DNA of 64,000 bases from a virus. Each line of letters opens with the position of its first letter. Positions within the stretch are counted from its first letter, which is position 1. Below are positions 54,028 through 63,776 of this stretch, in pieces. The stretch spans positions 1 to 64,000 of the IMG/VR virus record IMGVR_UViG_3300021962_000055; one strand, given 5' to 3'. Below the pieces are notes generated by a model. It did not search any database and had not been told where the DNA came from. It saw only the letters and a program-made list of their open reading frames with translations. The position numbers and the translations under genes were made by a program.

Positions 54028-56690
54028 TAGCTGCTCCTCAACGATTCGATTTCAAGTTCACGCCTAATCATTGCTACTAACTCCGAAGCAATCTTTTTAA
54101 GATCTTGAGAGTTTCCACTACCCATCAAGTTGATCGTTGGGCTCATATTGATAGTGGTGCCTCCGGTTACCGATACAGCACCGCCAACAGACTGAGACAC
54201 ACGGCTAGCAACCGGTGTTGGGTCTCCAGACGGGTTAGGTACGCCTCGACTTTGGAGCACCTCGGTGGTCTGGTAGTCCGGGGCCCAAGACGAGTGGGCT
54301 TTCTCGATGGCTGCTGCTACCGCGTAGGGGTCATTACTCTTGTTCTTTAGAGCGTTGATAACACCCTTTTGGTAATTGGTCATATGGTAAACGCTGGCCA
54401 ACATACCCTGTTCGTAGTTGGCAAAGTTCCATACGTGCCTTTTACCCCCCTCCCCAAAGGAGTTAAATGGTGTTGCTTCGCCCAGGTGAGCGCCCCCAGA
54501 ACTTTGGGGAGAAGAGATGGTAGCGAGTGGGTTGAACTTAGCTCGAGTTCCTTCCGAGGCAATCCATGCAGACATCACCTGAAGGTTTGCTTCGGTTACA
54601 GGTGCCCCAATCCTTCTAAGGAAATCGCTACTCCACTGAGCAATGTCTACGCCAGATTTAGCGGTGCCCCCACTTGGGCCAAGGTCAATAGACATTGACG
54701 TTCCGCTGGCTCCTACGATGCGACCTGGCCTACGCCTTCTCTGCGTAGTCGACCCATCGGTTTGAACTGCCGTTCCACCAATACTACGTGCTACCCGCTC
54801 AGAAATAGAGGCGTAGCCAGAGGTGCCACCCTCCGAAAGGGCCGGAGAAGCTAGGCCAGTACGCGGACTGTCTCCCATCATTTCGCCAAAGTTACTGTTG
54901 GGGTCAAACGGAGCTGCACTTGTCGGCCCATGTCCCCAAGGTGCTCCCATTCGTTCGTATTCACCACGACCACCCGGAAGGTCTGCTGGCTGCACGTGCC
55001 ACGGTTCGTTGTTAACGTCTTTGAAGTGGCGTAGGCCGTATTTGTGAGCGTTGGCTACCACCCAATCAAGATCTCCAGTAAGGTCGGCAGCAAGACCGAT
55101 CTCATGCATCGATCGTCCCGGAGGGGCTGCTGCTGCCCCGCTGGTGTGCTCCCAGTATGAACCGTCCCACTGAATGTTCTTCTCACCACGGGAGTTAGTA
55201 GGACTGGTTGTCTTCGTGTATCGAGACAGGAACATACGACGTTGCTCGTCAGAACTACGTACACCTGTACCAATCTTTACGTTGGGGTTATCCGCCATCA
55301 TCTTTGATAGGCGTTGTTGGAATGTTGGGTGTAACCCAGACATCCTTCCGCCAGACGACGGAGCTGTTGGGGTATTTGGATCCCCACCAAAGTTCAGGCC
55401 ACTTGGGTCAGACCCAAACCCCAGCCCATTAGTAACATTTTGGAAAACACTTGTGGCAATTCGGTTACTGCCGACCAATCCAAGAATCCCAGACAGACTG
55501 TCTTCTAGGGCTCCAAATGCCCTGGTAAGTGACTGTGTCTGACGCTCTAGGTATGCGTAGTTGTCTACCTGGCGTCTATAAAAGTTTTCATCGCGCCTTG
55601 TCTCTAGACGTTGGGTTTCTTCGACCTGAGTAGCAAAGTTCTCCTCAATACCCATACGACGGCGGTCGGCTTCTTTACTGGGGTCATACATACCCCGCCC
55701 ACCCTTACCCTGGAACGTAAGGTTTTGCTGGGCGTATTGAATAAGCTGGGTCTGCATCTCTTGCGGCACACCCATCATTGTCAACTTGGATCGTGTCACC
55801 GATCCTGGGAGTAGGGCTGATTTGACAGTCTTCTCGTCGGTCAACCCAGCAGCCCGTACGAGGCCTTGCATAACACTCATACCAGAGTTCTGTGTACCAC
55901 CAGGTCCAATGATGGAGGTACCAGTCATCATGAACATTCGGTTGGCCACAGGAGCACTGGCCAAGGTGCCCAGCATCCCGGTTACATCACTGGCCGACAT
56001 GGAGTAACCGCTCATAGTGCGGAATGCCTCAACAGAGGCGGCCTGCTGGCGACCACTAAGTCCGATGGATGCTTCCATGGACATCAAGTCATTTATGCCT
56101 CCAGCACCAAGACGGTAGTTGGTCAAGGGCATACGATAGGTAGAACTAACCCCAAGCTGGCTTTGCCCTGTCAACTGCTGGTACAGCACCGACATCCGGT
56201 CAGCTGCCAAAACCCCTTCACGCCCCCTGTCAAACCGGGAGTTAGCAGCGTTAATGCCCATGTTAGCCATGGACAAACCAACGGCGGCTGCGCCAAACAT
56301 ACGCCCACCGCCAGCCATCTTGGTTTTTCCGATGGCGCCCATAACGCCACCCTCATTGAAGGTTCCTGCAATATCGGCTCGGCGTTCAAACAGCCTCTTT
56401 GCAGCGCTTAAGTTGGTACCAGCCATCTTGGTGCCCGCTGCACCACGAGCGTCCCCACCCCCGTCACCTCCGCCTGCTGCACCCTCGGCACGGTCTTCAA
56501 GGTCCCCCATGGCCTCAGAGACGGCCTTCTTAAGACCCTTCTCAAACCGTGTGATTACACGATCAACAAAAGCGTTTACAGATTTTTCAATGGCCTGGAC
56601 ATCCTGGTTCACAGAACTTGAAACAGGGCGTGCGTCTCCACCAAGGGTGGATTCTTCTGCCCCTGACTGTGATAGTGGATCTATTGCCAT
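54027..56690 (-). CDS. tape measure protein with M15 (D,D-peptidase) and lysozyme-like domains
   Basis: Helical A/G-rich N-terminus; G.RS..EQ, S.HE.GLAAD, EPWH; W...E...FNPL. Confidence 0.82.
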   Translation of the reverse strand: MAIDPLSQSGAEESTLGGDARPVSSSVNQDVQAIEKSVNAFVDRVITRFEKGLKKAVSEAMGDLEDRAEGAAGGGDGGGDARGAAGTKMAGTNLSAAKRLFERRADIAGTFNEGGVMGAIGKTKMAGGGRMFGAAAVGLSMANMGINAANSRFDRGREGVLAADRMSVLYQQLTGQSQLGVSSTYRMPLTNYRLGAGGINDLMSMEASIGLSGRQQAASVEAFRTMSGYSMSASDVTGMLGTLASAPVANRMFMMTGTSIIGPGGTQNSGMSVMQGLVRAAGLTDEKTVKSALLPGSVTRSKLTMMGVPQEMQTQLIQYAQQNLTFQGKGGRGMYDPSKEADRRRMGIEENFATQVEETQRLETRRDENFYRRQVDNYAYLERQTQSLTRAFGALEDSLSGILGLVGSNRIATSVFQNVTNGLGFGSDPSGLNFGGDPNTPTAPSSGGRMSGLHPTFQQRLSKMMADNPNVKIGTGVRSSDEQRRMFLSRYTKTTSPTNSRGEKNIQWDGSYWEHTSGAAAAPPGRSMHEIGLAADLTGDLDWVVANAHKYGLRHFKDVNNEPWHVQPADLPGGRGEYERMGAPWGHGPTSAAPFDPNSNFGEMMGDSPRTGLASPALSEGGTSGYASISERVARSIGGTAVQTDGSTTQRRRRPGRIVGASGTSMSIDLGPSGGTAKSGVDIAQWSSDFLRRIGAPVTEANLQVMSAWIASEGTRAKFNPLATISSPQSSGGAHLGEATPFNSFGEGGKRHVWNFANYEQGMLASVYHMTNYQKGVINALKNKSNDPYAVAAAIEKAHSSWAPDYQTTEVLQSRGVPNPSGDPTPVASRVSQSVGGAVSVTGGTTINMSPTINLMGSGNSQDLKKIASELVAMIRRELEIESLRSS

Positions 56691-56702
56691 TGGTTCCTCG
56701 CT

Positions 56703-56850
56703 TTAGGTACTACGCCATTTTGCCATACGGAACCAGAAGTCACGTTGGCGAACGGTCATGGACCGTAAATCCGAGAGATTGAACCCTTTGTAAACAGAGG
56801 CGATTAATTCGTATTCCCAATAAGTATATTTCAGATTAGCTAAGTAGAAG
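56703..56850 (-). CDS. tail assembly chaperone C-terminal extension (frameshift product)
   Basis: Start-less +1-frame ORF ...YWEYELIASVYKGFNLSDLRSMTVRQRDFWFRMAKWRST* overlapping the chaperone stop. Confidence 0.6.
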
Positions 56851-57633
56851 GGAGATCCAGTCGATCCTGATGGTCATATCATGACCGCAGTGAGCGCACG
56901 GGACATCCACCTCCCCGAGCTTCGGGCCTGCCGAGATGGAGGTCAGGGACTTGATAAGTGTATTACGATCACCGAGGTTAAGGCCCTTGGCCCAAGATTC
57001 AGCCTGAGCCTGCGTTTCCCCGTTCTCCCACACACGGCACTTTGCCAGCATGGCGGAGTTCTGTTCTGCTACAGACTTGGACACCTTGGCAGCAAAAGAG
57101 TTATCTGCTGCTGTAGGGATCCTCAGCTTGATAATCTCACCATTACGGATCTTGACATCGATTGTTGATCGCAGGTCTACGTTTGGTTCTAGCAGAGGAA
57201 AGTCTTCCTCAAGATCTACTGTCACATCATTGAGTTTCTCACAGTTACCGCACTGGGCCTGAAACGACTTGGTGCGTCCGTACGTGGCCCGGATTACCCC
57301 AAGGAACAGGATATCCCTGTCACCGATTGTAAGGGCGTCAAGTACAGACGGGTTGTCACTAGTTGACATCTGGCCAACCCTAACCACAGTTCTCTTAATA
57401 AGAGAAGACATGTATTCGGCGTAGGTCAAAGTACTCTTTGACTCGAGCCCTGCCATGTACTCCTCATCAGCGCCTGTCATCTCCCGTACCTCGGCATCCG
57501 TGTACCAGATGCCCGTGTTTGGGTCCACCAATCCACGTTGAAGCTCGACGATCACCCGCTCGGGTGAGTTAAGTTCTGGGGCTGGTTCTTTGATGGCGTT
57601 GTTTACTGCGTCCGCGTCGTTTGCGATTCCCAC
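56836..57633 (-). CDS. tail assembly chaperone
   Basis: VREMTGADEE, L.IGDRD, ATYG, C..C pairs; between the tube and tape measure genes. Confidence 0.75.
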   Translation of the reverse strand: MGIANDADAVNNAIKEPAPELNSPERVIVELQRGLVDPNTGIWYTDAEVREMTGADEEYMAGLESKSTLTYAEYMSSLIKRTVVRVGQMSTSDNPSVLDALTIGDRDILFLGVIRATYGRTKSFQAQCGNCEKLNDVTVDLEEDFPLLEPNVDLRSTIDVKIRNGEIIKLRIPTAADNSFAAKVSKSVAEQNSAMLAKCRVWENGETQAQAESWAKGLNLGDRNTLIKSLTSISAGPKLGEVDVPCAHCGHDMTIRIDWISLLLS

Positions 57634-57653
57634 TTATGCTCCTATTGTTATGG

Positions 57654-58250
57654 TCAGATAGATGCGAGGGCTTCTACCTCTGCCTTGGTCCAAGCTACCA
57701 CAAAACCTTCGTGATGCACTGTTAGCTGCTGAACCATGATGCCGCTGTCGCCAGCATTAAGGTCGCTCAACGAGTAGGCGCCTGGCCAGCAGTTAAACAC
57801 CTTGAAACCAAAGCGAGCATCGCCGGGGGATGGGGCCTGACCGTCTACGTCACCAGGGCTGGAATATGAACCGCTGGATACTGGGTGGTCAAATACCTTT
57901 ACCAGGATGTCGCAGCGGTAGTTGTTGTCAGCACTGGTGGAGTTACCAGATGCCTGGTTCCATGAGTGCAAGAACTGCTGCCACTTGTACATCTGAGACT
58001 GATCAGAGAACACACCACGGCTAAAGGTGATTGGTGCAAAGTCTGACTGGCCAATGAACTTGTGTGGGTGGGTGTTCATTCCACCCTCGCGGTAACCGAC
58101 CATCTCGTTCTGTACCGACAGACCAGACATGGCGGCAAACCCCAACTTGTCGAGCCCCCTGGCAGCGTTGCCAAGAACCCCGGGGCCAGGGTTGATCGTA
58201 ACTTGGAATTTAAAGTTACGGATTGGATCGCTAATTGCTGAACGTGCCAT
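57654..58250 (-). CDS. tail tube protein (T4 gp19-like)
   Basis: DP.RNFKF.V, GF..SGL, YREGG, IT.SRG, N.WP....SDL.A, HEG. Confidence 0.92.
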   Translation of the reverse strand: MARSAISDPIRNFKFQVTINPGPGVLGNAARGLDKLGFAAMSGLSVQNEMVGYREGGMNTHPHKFIGQSDFAPITFSRGVFSDQSQMYKWQQFLHSWNQASGNSTSADNNYRCDILVKVFDHPVSSGSYSSPGDVDGQAPSPGDARFGFKVFNCWPGAYSLSDLNAGDSGIMVQQLTVHHEGFVVAWTKAEVEALASI

Positions 58251-58260
58251 CTATGACTCC

Positions 58261-59793
58261 TCAGATGTTTGAAATGGTATTGGATCCGCCAGTCCACTGG
58301 CTAAGATTGATTACAATGAACTCTGCGGGGTACTGCAGGGCGACACCGACCTCTACACGAACTTCACCGTTATTGATGGTGGTTGAGGTGTTGTTGGTCT
58401 CATTGCAGATTACATAGAAAGCCTGGGTCGAGTTGGCACCCTTAAGGCCACCCGAACGCCAGAAATCACCGAGCAGTGAAGAGGCGGTCATGGTGATGCG
58501 ATCCCACAGACGCTGGTCGTTGGGCTCAAACACAGCAAATGCGGTAGCGTCCTGTAGTGCCTGCTTCAAGTAGTTGAGTGACCGGCGGATTGGGATGTAC
58601 TTGCCAGGGGTCTGTTTGTCTAGGGTGCGGGTACCGTTGATTACGATACCGGCTCCTGGAATTGCTTTGAACAGGTTTACACCATAGGTGTCGTAAAGTG
58701 ATGCCGACTCAGCGCTAGTGAATGAAGCGGTAAGGCCGATGGCGTTACGGATGTCAGTGCCATAACCAGCAGGGGCCTTAGCTACCGTACGAGCAACTTC
58801 CGAACGGACGTACGCACCAGCAACAGCTCCACCAGGGTAGGTGTCACGGATAGCGGCTGGGCCGGTCTTGGTTGGGTCAGCCATCTTCAACATTGGGTAG
58901 TAAACAGCAGCGTATGAAGAGGTTGTGTAGGAGTTCACAGTGCCTGCGCCGATGGTCGATGCGTCAGTAGCAGACGAGGGGTCGATGATTACAAACGAGT
59001 TTCCACGAGCCTCGGCCTTTGCAATAAGGGCGTTTACAACGGTGCTAGAAGTGCGACCCACTGCGTTAAGCAATAGGACTCCCTCGACGGTCTCTAGTTT
59101 AGTGGAAATTGATGCCGTGTAGTCAGCGTCAACTACCGATGCTCCATCAACTGCCGCCGAAAAAGCTACCGGGCTGGTGAACCATGACCAGTTGTTGTTG
59201 GCGGTTGGGGTGGGGCAGGAAGTTACCTTGATGTATTTTGAGTAGGTATTAACAACGGTGGTTACATACCGGTTGTTGGAGGCGCTGTTGGAAACCTCGT
59301 TCCAACGTTCAACTTCAACTCCACCCAAGTGCACAGTAAGGTTGAATGTGGGGATAACTGAAGCGGTTGGGGATACGGTTCCGCCGCTTACAGTTACAGT
59401 GAGGTCACTGCCCCAAGCACCAGGGCTAGATGCCTCTACGGCAATCAACGTTGCCGATGCTCCGGAAAGACCACTTGGGTAATAAGGAACAGTAGTGGAG
59501 GCGGTAGAAGCAAGTGTTCCGGCTCCTGACGTGTGGAGTACGCGAACTACATATGCGTCACGACCACCGTTTGCAAAGTAGTGGTAGACGGCATACCCAA
59601 GATCGTGGTTAGCATCGATATCCCCATAGAAGGACTTGAAAGCACTCCAAGAGTTAATCAACGTAGCAGTCAAAGGACCACGTGGGGCGGTGCCAAAGAA
59701 CACCGCAGTTGACTGAGCGGAGTTGGAACGTTGGGCGTTATTGGTAAGAGTTGACTCTGTTACGTATACGCCTGGATTTGAATATGTGGGCAT
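58261..59793 (-). CDS. tail sheath protein
   Basis: PGVYV.E, YF.NGG..AYVVR, KAPAG, G.RTL, YI..RR, FEPND, PAEFI. Confidence 0.95.
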   Translation of the reverse strand: MPTYSNPGVYVTESTLTNNAQRSNSAQSTAVFFGTAPRGPLTATLINSWSAFKSFYGDIDANHDLGYAVYHYFANGGRDAYVVRVLHTSGAGTLASTASTTVPYYPSGLSGASATLIAVEASSPGAWGSDLTVTVSGGTVSPTASVIPTFNLTVHLGGVEVERWNEVSNSASNNRYVTTVVNTYSKYIKVTSCPTPTANNNWSWFTSPVAFSAAVDGASVVDADYTASISTKLETVEGVLLLNAVGRTSSTVVNALIAKAEARGNSFVIIDPSSATDASTIGAGTVNSYTTSSYAAVYYPMLKMADPTKTGPAAIRDTYPGGAVAGAYVRSEVARTVAKAPAGYGTDIRNAIGLTASFTSAESASLYDTYGVNLFKAIPGAGIVINGTRTLDKQTPGKYIPIRRSLNYLKQALQDATAFAVFEPNDQRLWDRITMTASSLLGDFWRSGGLKGANSTQAFYVICNETNNTSTTINNGEVRVEVGVALQYPAEFIVINLSQWTGGSNTISNI

Positions 59794-60498
59794 TTAAAAG
59801 ACCTCCGAGAACGGGGTGGTGAATACAGAAGGTGACTGATTGTCTGCGTTTGTAATAGTACCAACTACAGAGGTTACCTGCTTGACCTGTTCGAGGTCGG
59901 AGGCTGGCAGCTCTGCTGACATATTAATAGTATACACTTTTCTAAATACTCTCTTGCGGTACCCAGCTTCCCCATCAAGTAGGTCACTGTTACCCCATGA
60001 GACCAGGTCAAATCTCCTGATAGTCCCATCTTCCGGGACATCTATAAAACCTCTACGAAAAGGCACTACCCTACGTAGGATCTTGGCCGTTAGCTGCCTG
60101 TCGTGAAGGGCGCTTCGTGCATAGGTGGTGATTTGATAAATAAGTGTTACCGGTACAAATGAGTCGGTACGCAGGTACGCGGCCCCATTCATCTCTGCGT
60201 CTAGATCCGCAGCGGTCATTTCAGAAGGGTAGTAATTAATAAAGTTTGGACTCAGGGAAGCCCCGGCGACACTGTTGCTGTAGTAATACTCGGTCTCAGA
60301 ATGCTGTAGAGAACGGTTGTGTGTTATGCCGACGTTCTCGATTGTTATGAAAGGGTATTCTTTTTCGGTCTCCCCTTCTGGGTACCTAAAGAAAACCTTG
60401 GCCACACGCTGGGCAGACCGATCGTCTGACACCGCGATGTTAGCAAACCTTGCCTTTACGGCAGCGTCTTCAGCTAATAGGAACCCGGGGTTAGGCAT
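59794..60498 (-). CDS. tail terminator / neck protein
   Basis: Position upstream of the sheath gene; YPFITI, YQ.TTYAR. Confidence 0.65.
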   Translation of the reverse strand: MPNPGFLLAEDAAVKARFANIAVSDDRSAQRVAKVFFRYPEGETEKEYPFITIENVGITHNRSLQHSETEYYYSNSVAGASLSPNFINYYPSEMTAADLDAEMNGAAYLRTDSFVPVTLIYQITTYARSALHDRQLTAKILRRVVPFRRGFIDVPEDGTIRRFDLVSWGNSDLLDGEAGYRKRVFRKVYTINMSAELPASDLEQVKQVTSVVGTITNADNQSPSVFTTPFSEVF

Positions 60499-60874
60499 TG
60501 AACCCCCTCATGGACAAAGCGACATCATCAGAAAACTCAGTTTCAAATACTCGCAATAGGGATTGAGGGGCAGCTGTTGATGAGCCGTATTCAAGAAGCT
60601 CCGCCTGCTTCTGTACTTCTGCGGATCCCTTTACGGAAATCTTTACAAAGTTACTTTCAGTAATCTCAACATCAAGGAGATCAGCAAACTCTTTCCAACG
60701 TGGGTGCTGTTTTGCCCTATCACGAGCCTGCTTACGGTATTTATCAGCAAGAATCTTATTGCGCGTATTTTTGTTTACGGCATCCTTTACAACCTTTTCA
60801 GCACCAATGGCTTTGGTCATCATGGACGCAAACGCAGAACTAGGGGATGTGTTATTTGAATAAGCCCTGATCAC
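60491..60874 (-). CDS. neck protein (HK97 gp10-like)
   Basis: LEYG....P...LR motif. Confidence 0.55.
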   Translation of the reverse strand: MIRAYSNNTSPSSAFASMMTKAIGAEKVVKDAVNKNTRNKILADKYRKQARDRAKQHPRWKEFADLLDVEITESNFVKISVKGSAEVQKQAELLEYGSSTAAPQSLLRVFETEFSDDVALSMRGFNA

Positions 60875-60935
60875 GGCATACTCTCCCAGTTCTAAGCAGT
60901 TGTGATGTCAAGACGCGCATCTTGACACCAATATT

Positions 60936-61472
60936 CTACCCTACTGAGGGCAACTGCGCAGGCCAGGGGAATGTGTCAACTCTGGCTGGCTCTGGGCCTG
61001 GGTCGTTCAAAAACTCCTGGTTGACGTATATTTCTTGTCCAGCTACCAGGATTGAAACGTCGTCTTTCAAACGCCCTCGAACTCGGTAGTCGTAGACTCC
61101 GTAGTACCTACCATCGTAGTAGAACACGTCATTGAGGTGGTTACGGTACTCCCATGGGAAAGACACTCCAGCTGACCGCATGTCTGCCATGGCGATAAAG
61201 ATGTCCATGGTTTGTACCGGCTGGCGGCCCTCTGGTATTGACCGCCTCTGGTCTTCGTTCTCCGCACCAAGAAGGATAGGGATTACAACACCAGTTTTGT
61301 AGCTTTTCCCGCCAGTACCACGAACTCCCTCGTCGTATACATCGTCGTATATACTATTTACACTAGCTGACCCAAGTAAATTAAACTCATACCAAATAAC
61401 ACTTTCGTTAGCCACTTTGTGGTGGCGTCGAAAGTGCCTGTTGATTAGGTCTAGCTCCCTGCGTACGTCCAT
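60936..61472 (-). CDS. head closure/stopper-like protein
   Basis: Position; D.YDEG, D..YYDGR. Confidence 0.55.
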   Translation of the reverse strand: MDVRRELDLINRHFRRHHKVANESVIWYEFNLLGSASVNSIYDDVYDEGVRGTGGKSYKTGVVIPILLGAENEDQRRSIPEGRQPVQTMDIFIAMADMRSAGVSFPWEYRNHLNDVFYYDGRYYGVYDYRVRGRLKDDVSILVAGQEIYVNQEFLNDPGPEPARVDTFPWPAQLPSVG

Positions 61473-62269
61473 CAGTAGTATGCGTTAGTTGTTTGACCTG
61501 ACCTTGGGGAAGTATCCACGAACACATCCTCTCGCAGGTTGTCTTCCTGTACCTCGTGGTCGATAACACCAGTATCGACTGGTGGCCACAGGCGCTCCAT
61601 TGGCGAGTAGTCGCCAAACTCCTTTGGCTTGTACAGTGGCACAAGACGGTTTGTACCACGGGAGATACGGCGCAAGGTAAAGACCTCAATACGGTCAATG
61701 CCAATGTTAAGAGCGGTGGCGTGACGCTGGTACTCGGACTCCCACTGCATTAGAAGACTCTGGGCCATCCTAAACCGCTGGCTGGCAGGGATGTGCACTG
61801 ACTCTGAGGTGATGACGTCAATGTCTCGGCTGTACTCGGTCATTAAGGCCCATAAGCATTCACAAATGGTTGCAATGCCAATGGCGTTGATTAGTACATC
61901 TGACATCTCGGAGATTCCAACACCAATTCCTCTAACGTGTTTTTCTACAGCCCTCTGTGTGTAGAAGGTCAGATCATCAGGGGTAACCCATTCATAGTAG
62001 TAACCCTCAATAAGGATCTTTGATCCAGAGGCAGGCAGTGACGCTAGTCGAAGGATGCCGTTACGCTCATCAAGCGAATAAGCAGACGGAGCTAGTTCGG
62101 TTGTTGACCCACCAACTGTGTACACCGCAATCCACAAGCTTGTGGAATCGATGTTGGTATGGCCCAACTCATAGGTCCTCCCAGCTACATCGAAGGTAAC
62201 CTGAAAGAACCTAGGGAAGTCACGAAGATAGGTTCGTGCTATGTTGCTGATGTCGGAAAGGGTAGCCAC
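61472..62269 (-). CDS. head-tail adaptor-like protein
   Basis: Position; LWAL....DID.....V.IP.SQR, LRR.SR..NRLVP.Y. Confidence 0.6.
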   Translation of the reverse strand: MATLSDISNIARTYLRDFPRFFQVTFDVAGRTYELGHTNIDSTSLWIAVYTVGGSTTELAPSAYSLDERNGILRLASLPASGSKILIEGYYYEWVTPDDLTFYTQRAVEKHVRGIGVGISEMSDVLINAIGIATICECLWALMTEYSRDIDVITSESVHIPASQRFRMAQSLLMQWESEYQRHATALNIGIDRIEVFTLRRISRGTNRLVPLYKPKEFGDYSPMERLWPPVDTGVIDHEVQEDNLREDVFVDTSPRSGQTTNAYY

Positions 62270-62281
62270 ACCTACAGTTTA

Positions 62282-62431
62282 CTACGAGTTCGTTTGGTTT
62301 GCCCCGGCCAGGGTGTCCTGCCTGGGCTGCTCGTAAGCAGGTTGGTTTTCCCGGTGGCGGCTGCTCGACACAGTGCGTTTTGTGATTACTTGTTGAGCGG
62401 GCAAGTTTGTGGGCTTGGGCAACTGTGTCAT
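62282..62431 (-). CDS. small hypothetical protein (49 aa)
   Basis: ATGA-coupled ORF MTQLPKP... Confidence 0.45.
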   Translation of the reverse strand: MTQLPKPTNLPAQQVITKRTVSSSRHRENQPAYEQPRQDTLAGANQTNS

Positions 62432-63768
62432 GCGCATCGAATGTAGTACTTAACGTACATTGTACGTGGCTGCACCGAGACCGAGGATGGGGCGGCCTGA
62501 CCGGCTGGCCCAGAGGTCAATCCTGAAGTTAGGTTGATGGTTACGTTATGAGTGTGCGCAACTGAAGGGGCAGTCTCTTCTACATAGTTGATGGCCATAC
62601 CGCCCTGAGGAGTTGAGAAATATAGGTAATCATCTGCAAGGCCACCGCTTGGGTCGACGAAGTTACGCGGGGCAATATATGACTCACTGGCGTAAGTGCG
62701 CAGTCGAGTTGCAAAGTCAACACTAGTAACACTAGGTGTGTGAGTGTGCACGCCACCATCTAGGGCTACCCCGCTTGAGTGGGAGTGATCAATTGTGTGG
62801 GTGTGTTCCGGTACCTGAGCAATGGTCAATGTGGTTTGGTGGTTGACATTGCCTGTGGGCGTTGCAAGAGAGCCACCAGATACGGGCAACCCTCCGAGAT
62901 ACATTCCTCGGAAGTCGGGAAGATTGAATGTTGTTGAGCCGTCTCCCCCGCCGTACTCGGTGCCCAACACCTGAAACAGGGGCTGGTATATCGACCTGCT
63001 GATCGGTGCCCCATTACACTCCAGCCACACAGCTCCGTTTGGAGGGGTGCTAGACACCCAAGTAATTACCGTACCAACAGGTACGCCCGGATCTACGGGA
63101 ACCCCTGCCAGTTGTTGCCAAGTGGTTGAGTCCCGCTTTACATATACTCCAGACTCACCGTTTGACAGTGCTGAAGTTCGGAGATACAAGTCTCCTGTTG
63201 ATCCCTGGGATGCTGACGGTACAGATGTACCACGGTACGCAATTGGGGTTTGGATGTTACGGCGTTTGTCCACAATGTGGCTAGACAGGATTGTGGGGAT
63301 CCCTTCACCACGGTAAACCGCCGCTATAGCCACATCTGTAGCCGGATTAAAGTAGCTAAGTACGGGCAGTCCCGCCGTAGATACAAGCCTGGTTGAGCTA
63401 CGGGGCAGCGTTGGATTTTGTACTGACTCGGTACCATACAGACCAACAAAAGTCATTGTTGACCCACTTAACCGTGCCACAATCAAGTCAAATCGACCAG
63501 CTGTTGGCGTGGTCGGTGTGGCTGGAATTGTTAGGTATGAGTTTTCTTCAACTGCGTAAACAACACCATTGAGTACTACAACACCCCCGGCAACCGACAC
63601 GGCGGTATTACCACCAGAAGATGGTGGTGTTACGACGCAACCGGAAATTACGCCAGTTGTGTCATTACCTAAAATTTCGAAGTCAAGTGAGTCCGGTTCG
63701 GATTGATCAAGAACCGCATACTTGTTCCCCGACGTCGTGTCGGTTGCATTGGGGATGATGAAGGGCAT
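62428..63768 (-). CDS. fibre protein with phage tail-collar domain
   Basis: PVGTV, WL.CNG...SR..Y..LF..LG..YG.GDGSTTFNLPD.RG, HxH repeats. Confidence 0.88.
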   Translation of the reverse strand: MPFIIPNATDTTSGNKYAVLDQSEPDSLDFEILGNDTTGVISGCVVTPPSSGGNTAVSVAGGVVVLNGVVYAVEENSYLTIPATPTTPTAGRFDLIVARLSGSTMTFVGLYGTESVQNPTLPRSSTRLVSTAGLPVLSYFNPATDVAIAAVYRGEGIPTILSSHIVDKRRNIQTPIAYRGTSVPSASQGSTGDLYLRTSALSNGESGVYVKRDSTTWQQLAGVPVDPGVPVGTVITWVSSTPPNGAVWLECNGAPISRSIYQPLFQVLGTEYGGGDGSTTFNLPDFRGMYLGGLPVSGGSLATPTGNVNHQTTLTIAQVPEHTHTIDHSHSSGVALDGGVHTHTPSVTSVDFATRLRTYASESYIAPRNFVDPSGGLADDYLYFSTPQGGMAINYVEETAPSVAHTHNVTINLTSGLTSGPAGQAAPSSVSVQPRTMYVKYYIRCA

Positions 63769-63776
63769 CAGTTACC

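Noticed and set aside
60906-60927. TGTCAAGA/TCTTGACA dyad as a -35 promoter pair
   Set aside because: No correctly spaced -10 element on either strand; more likely a simple leader hairpin
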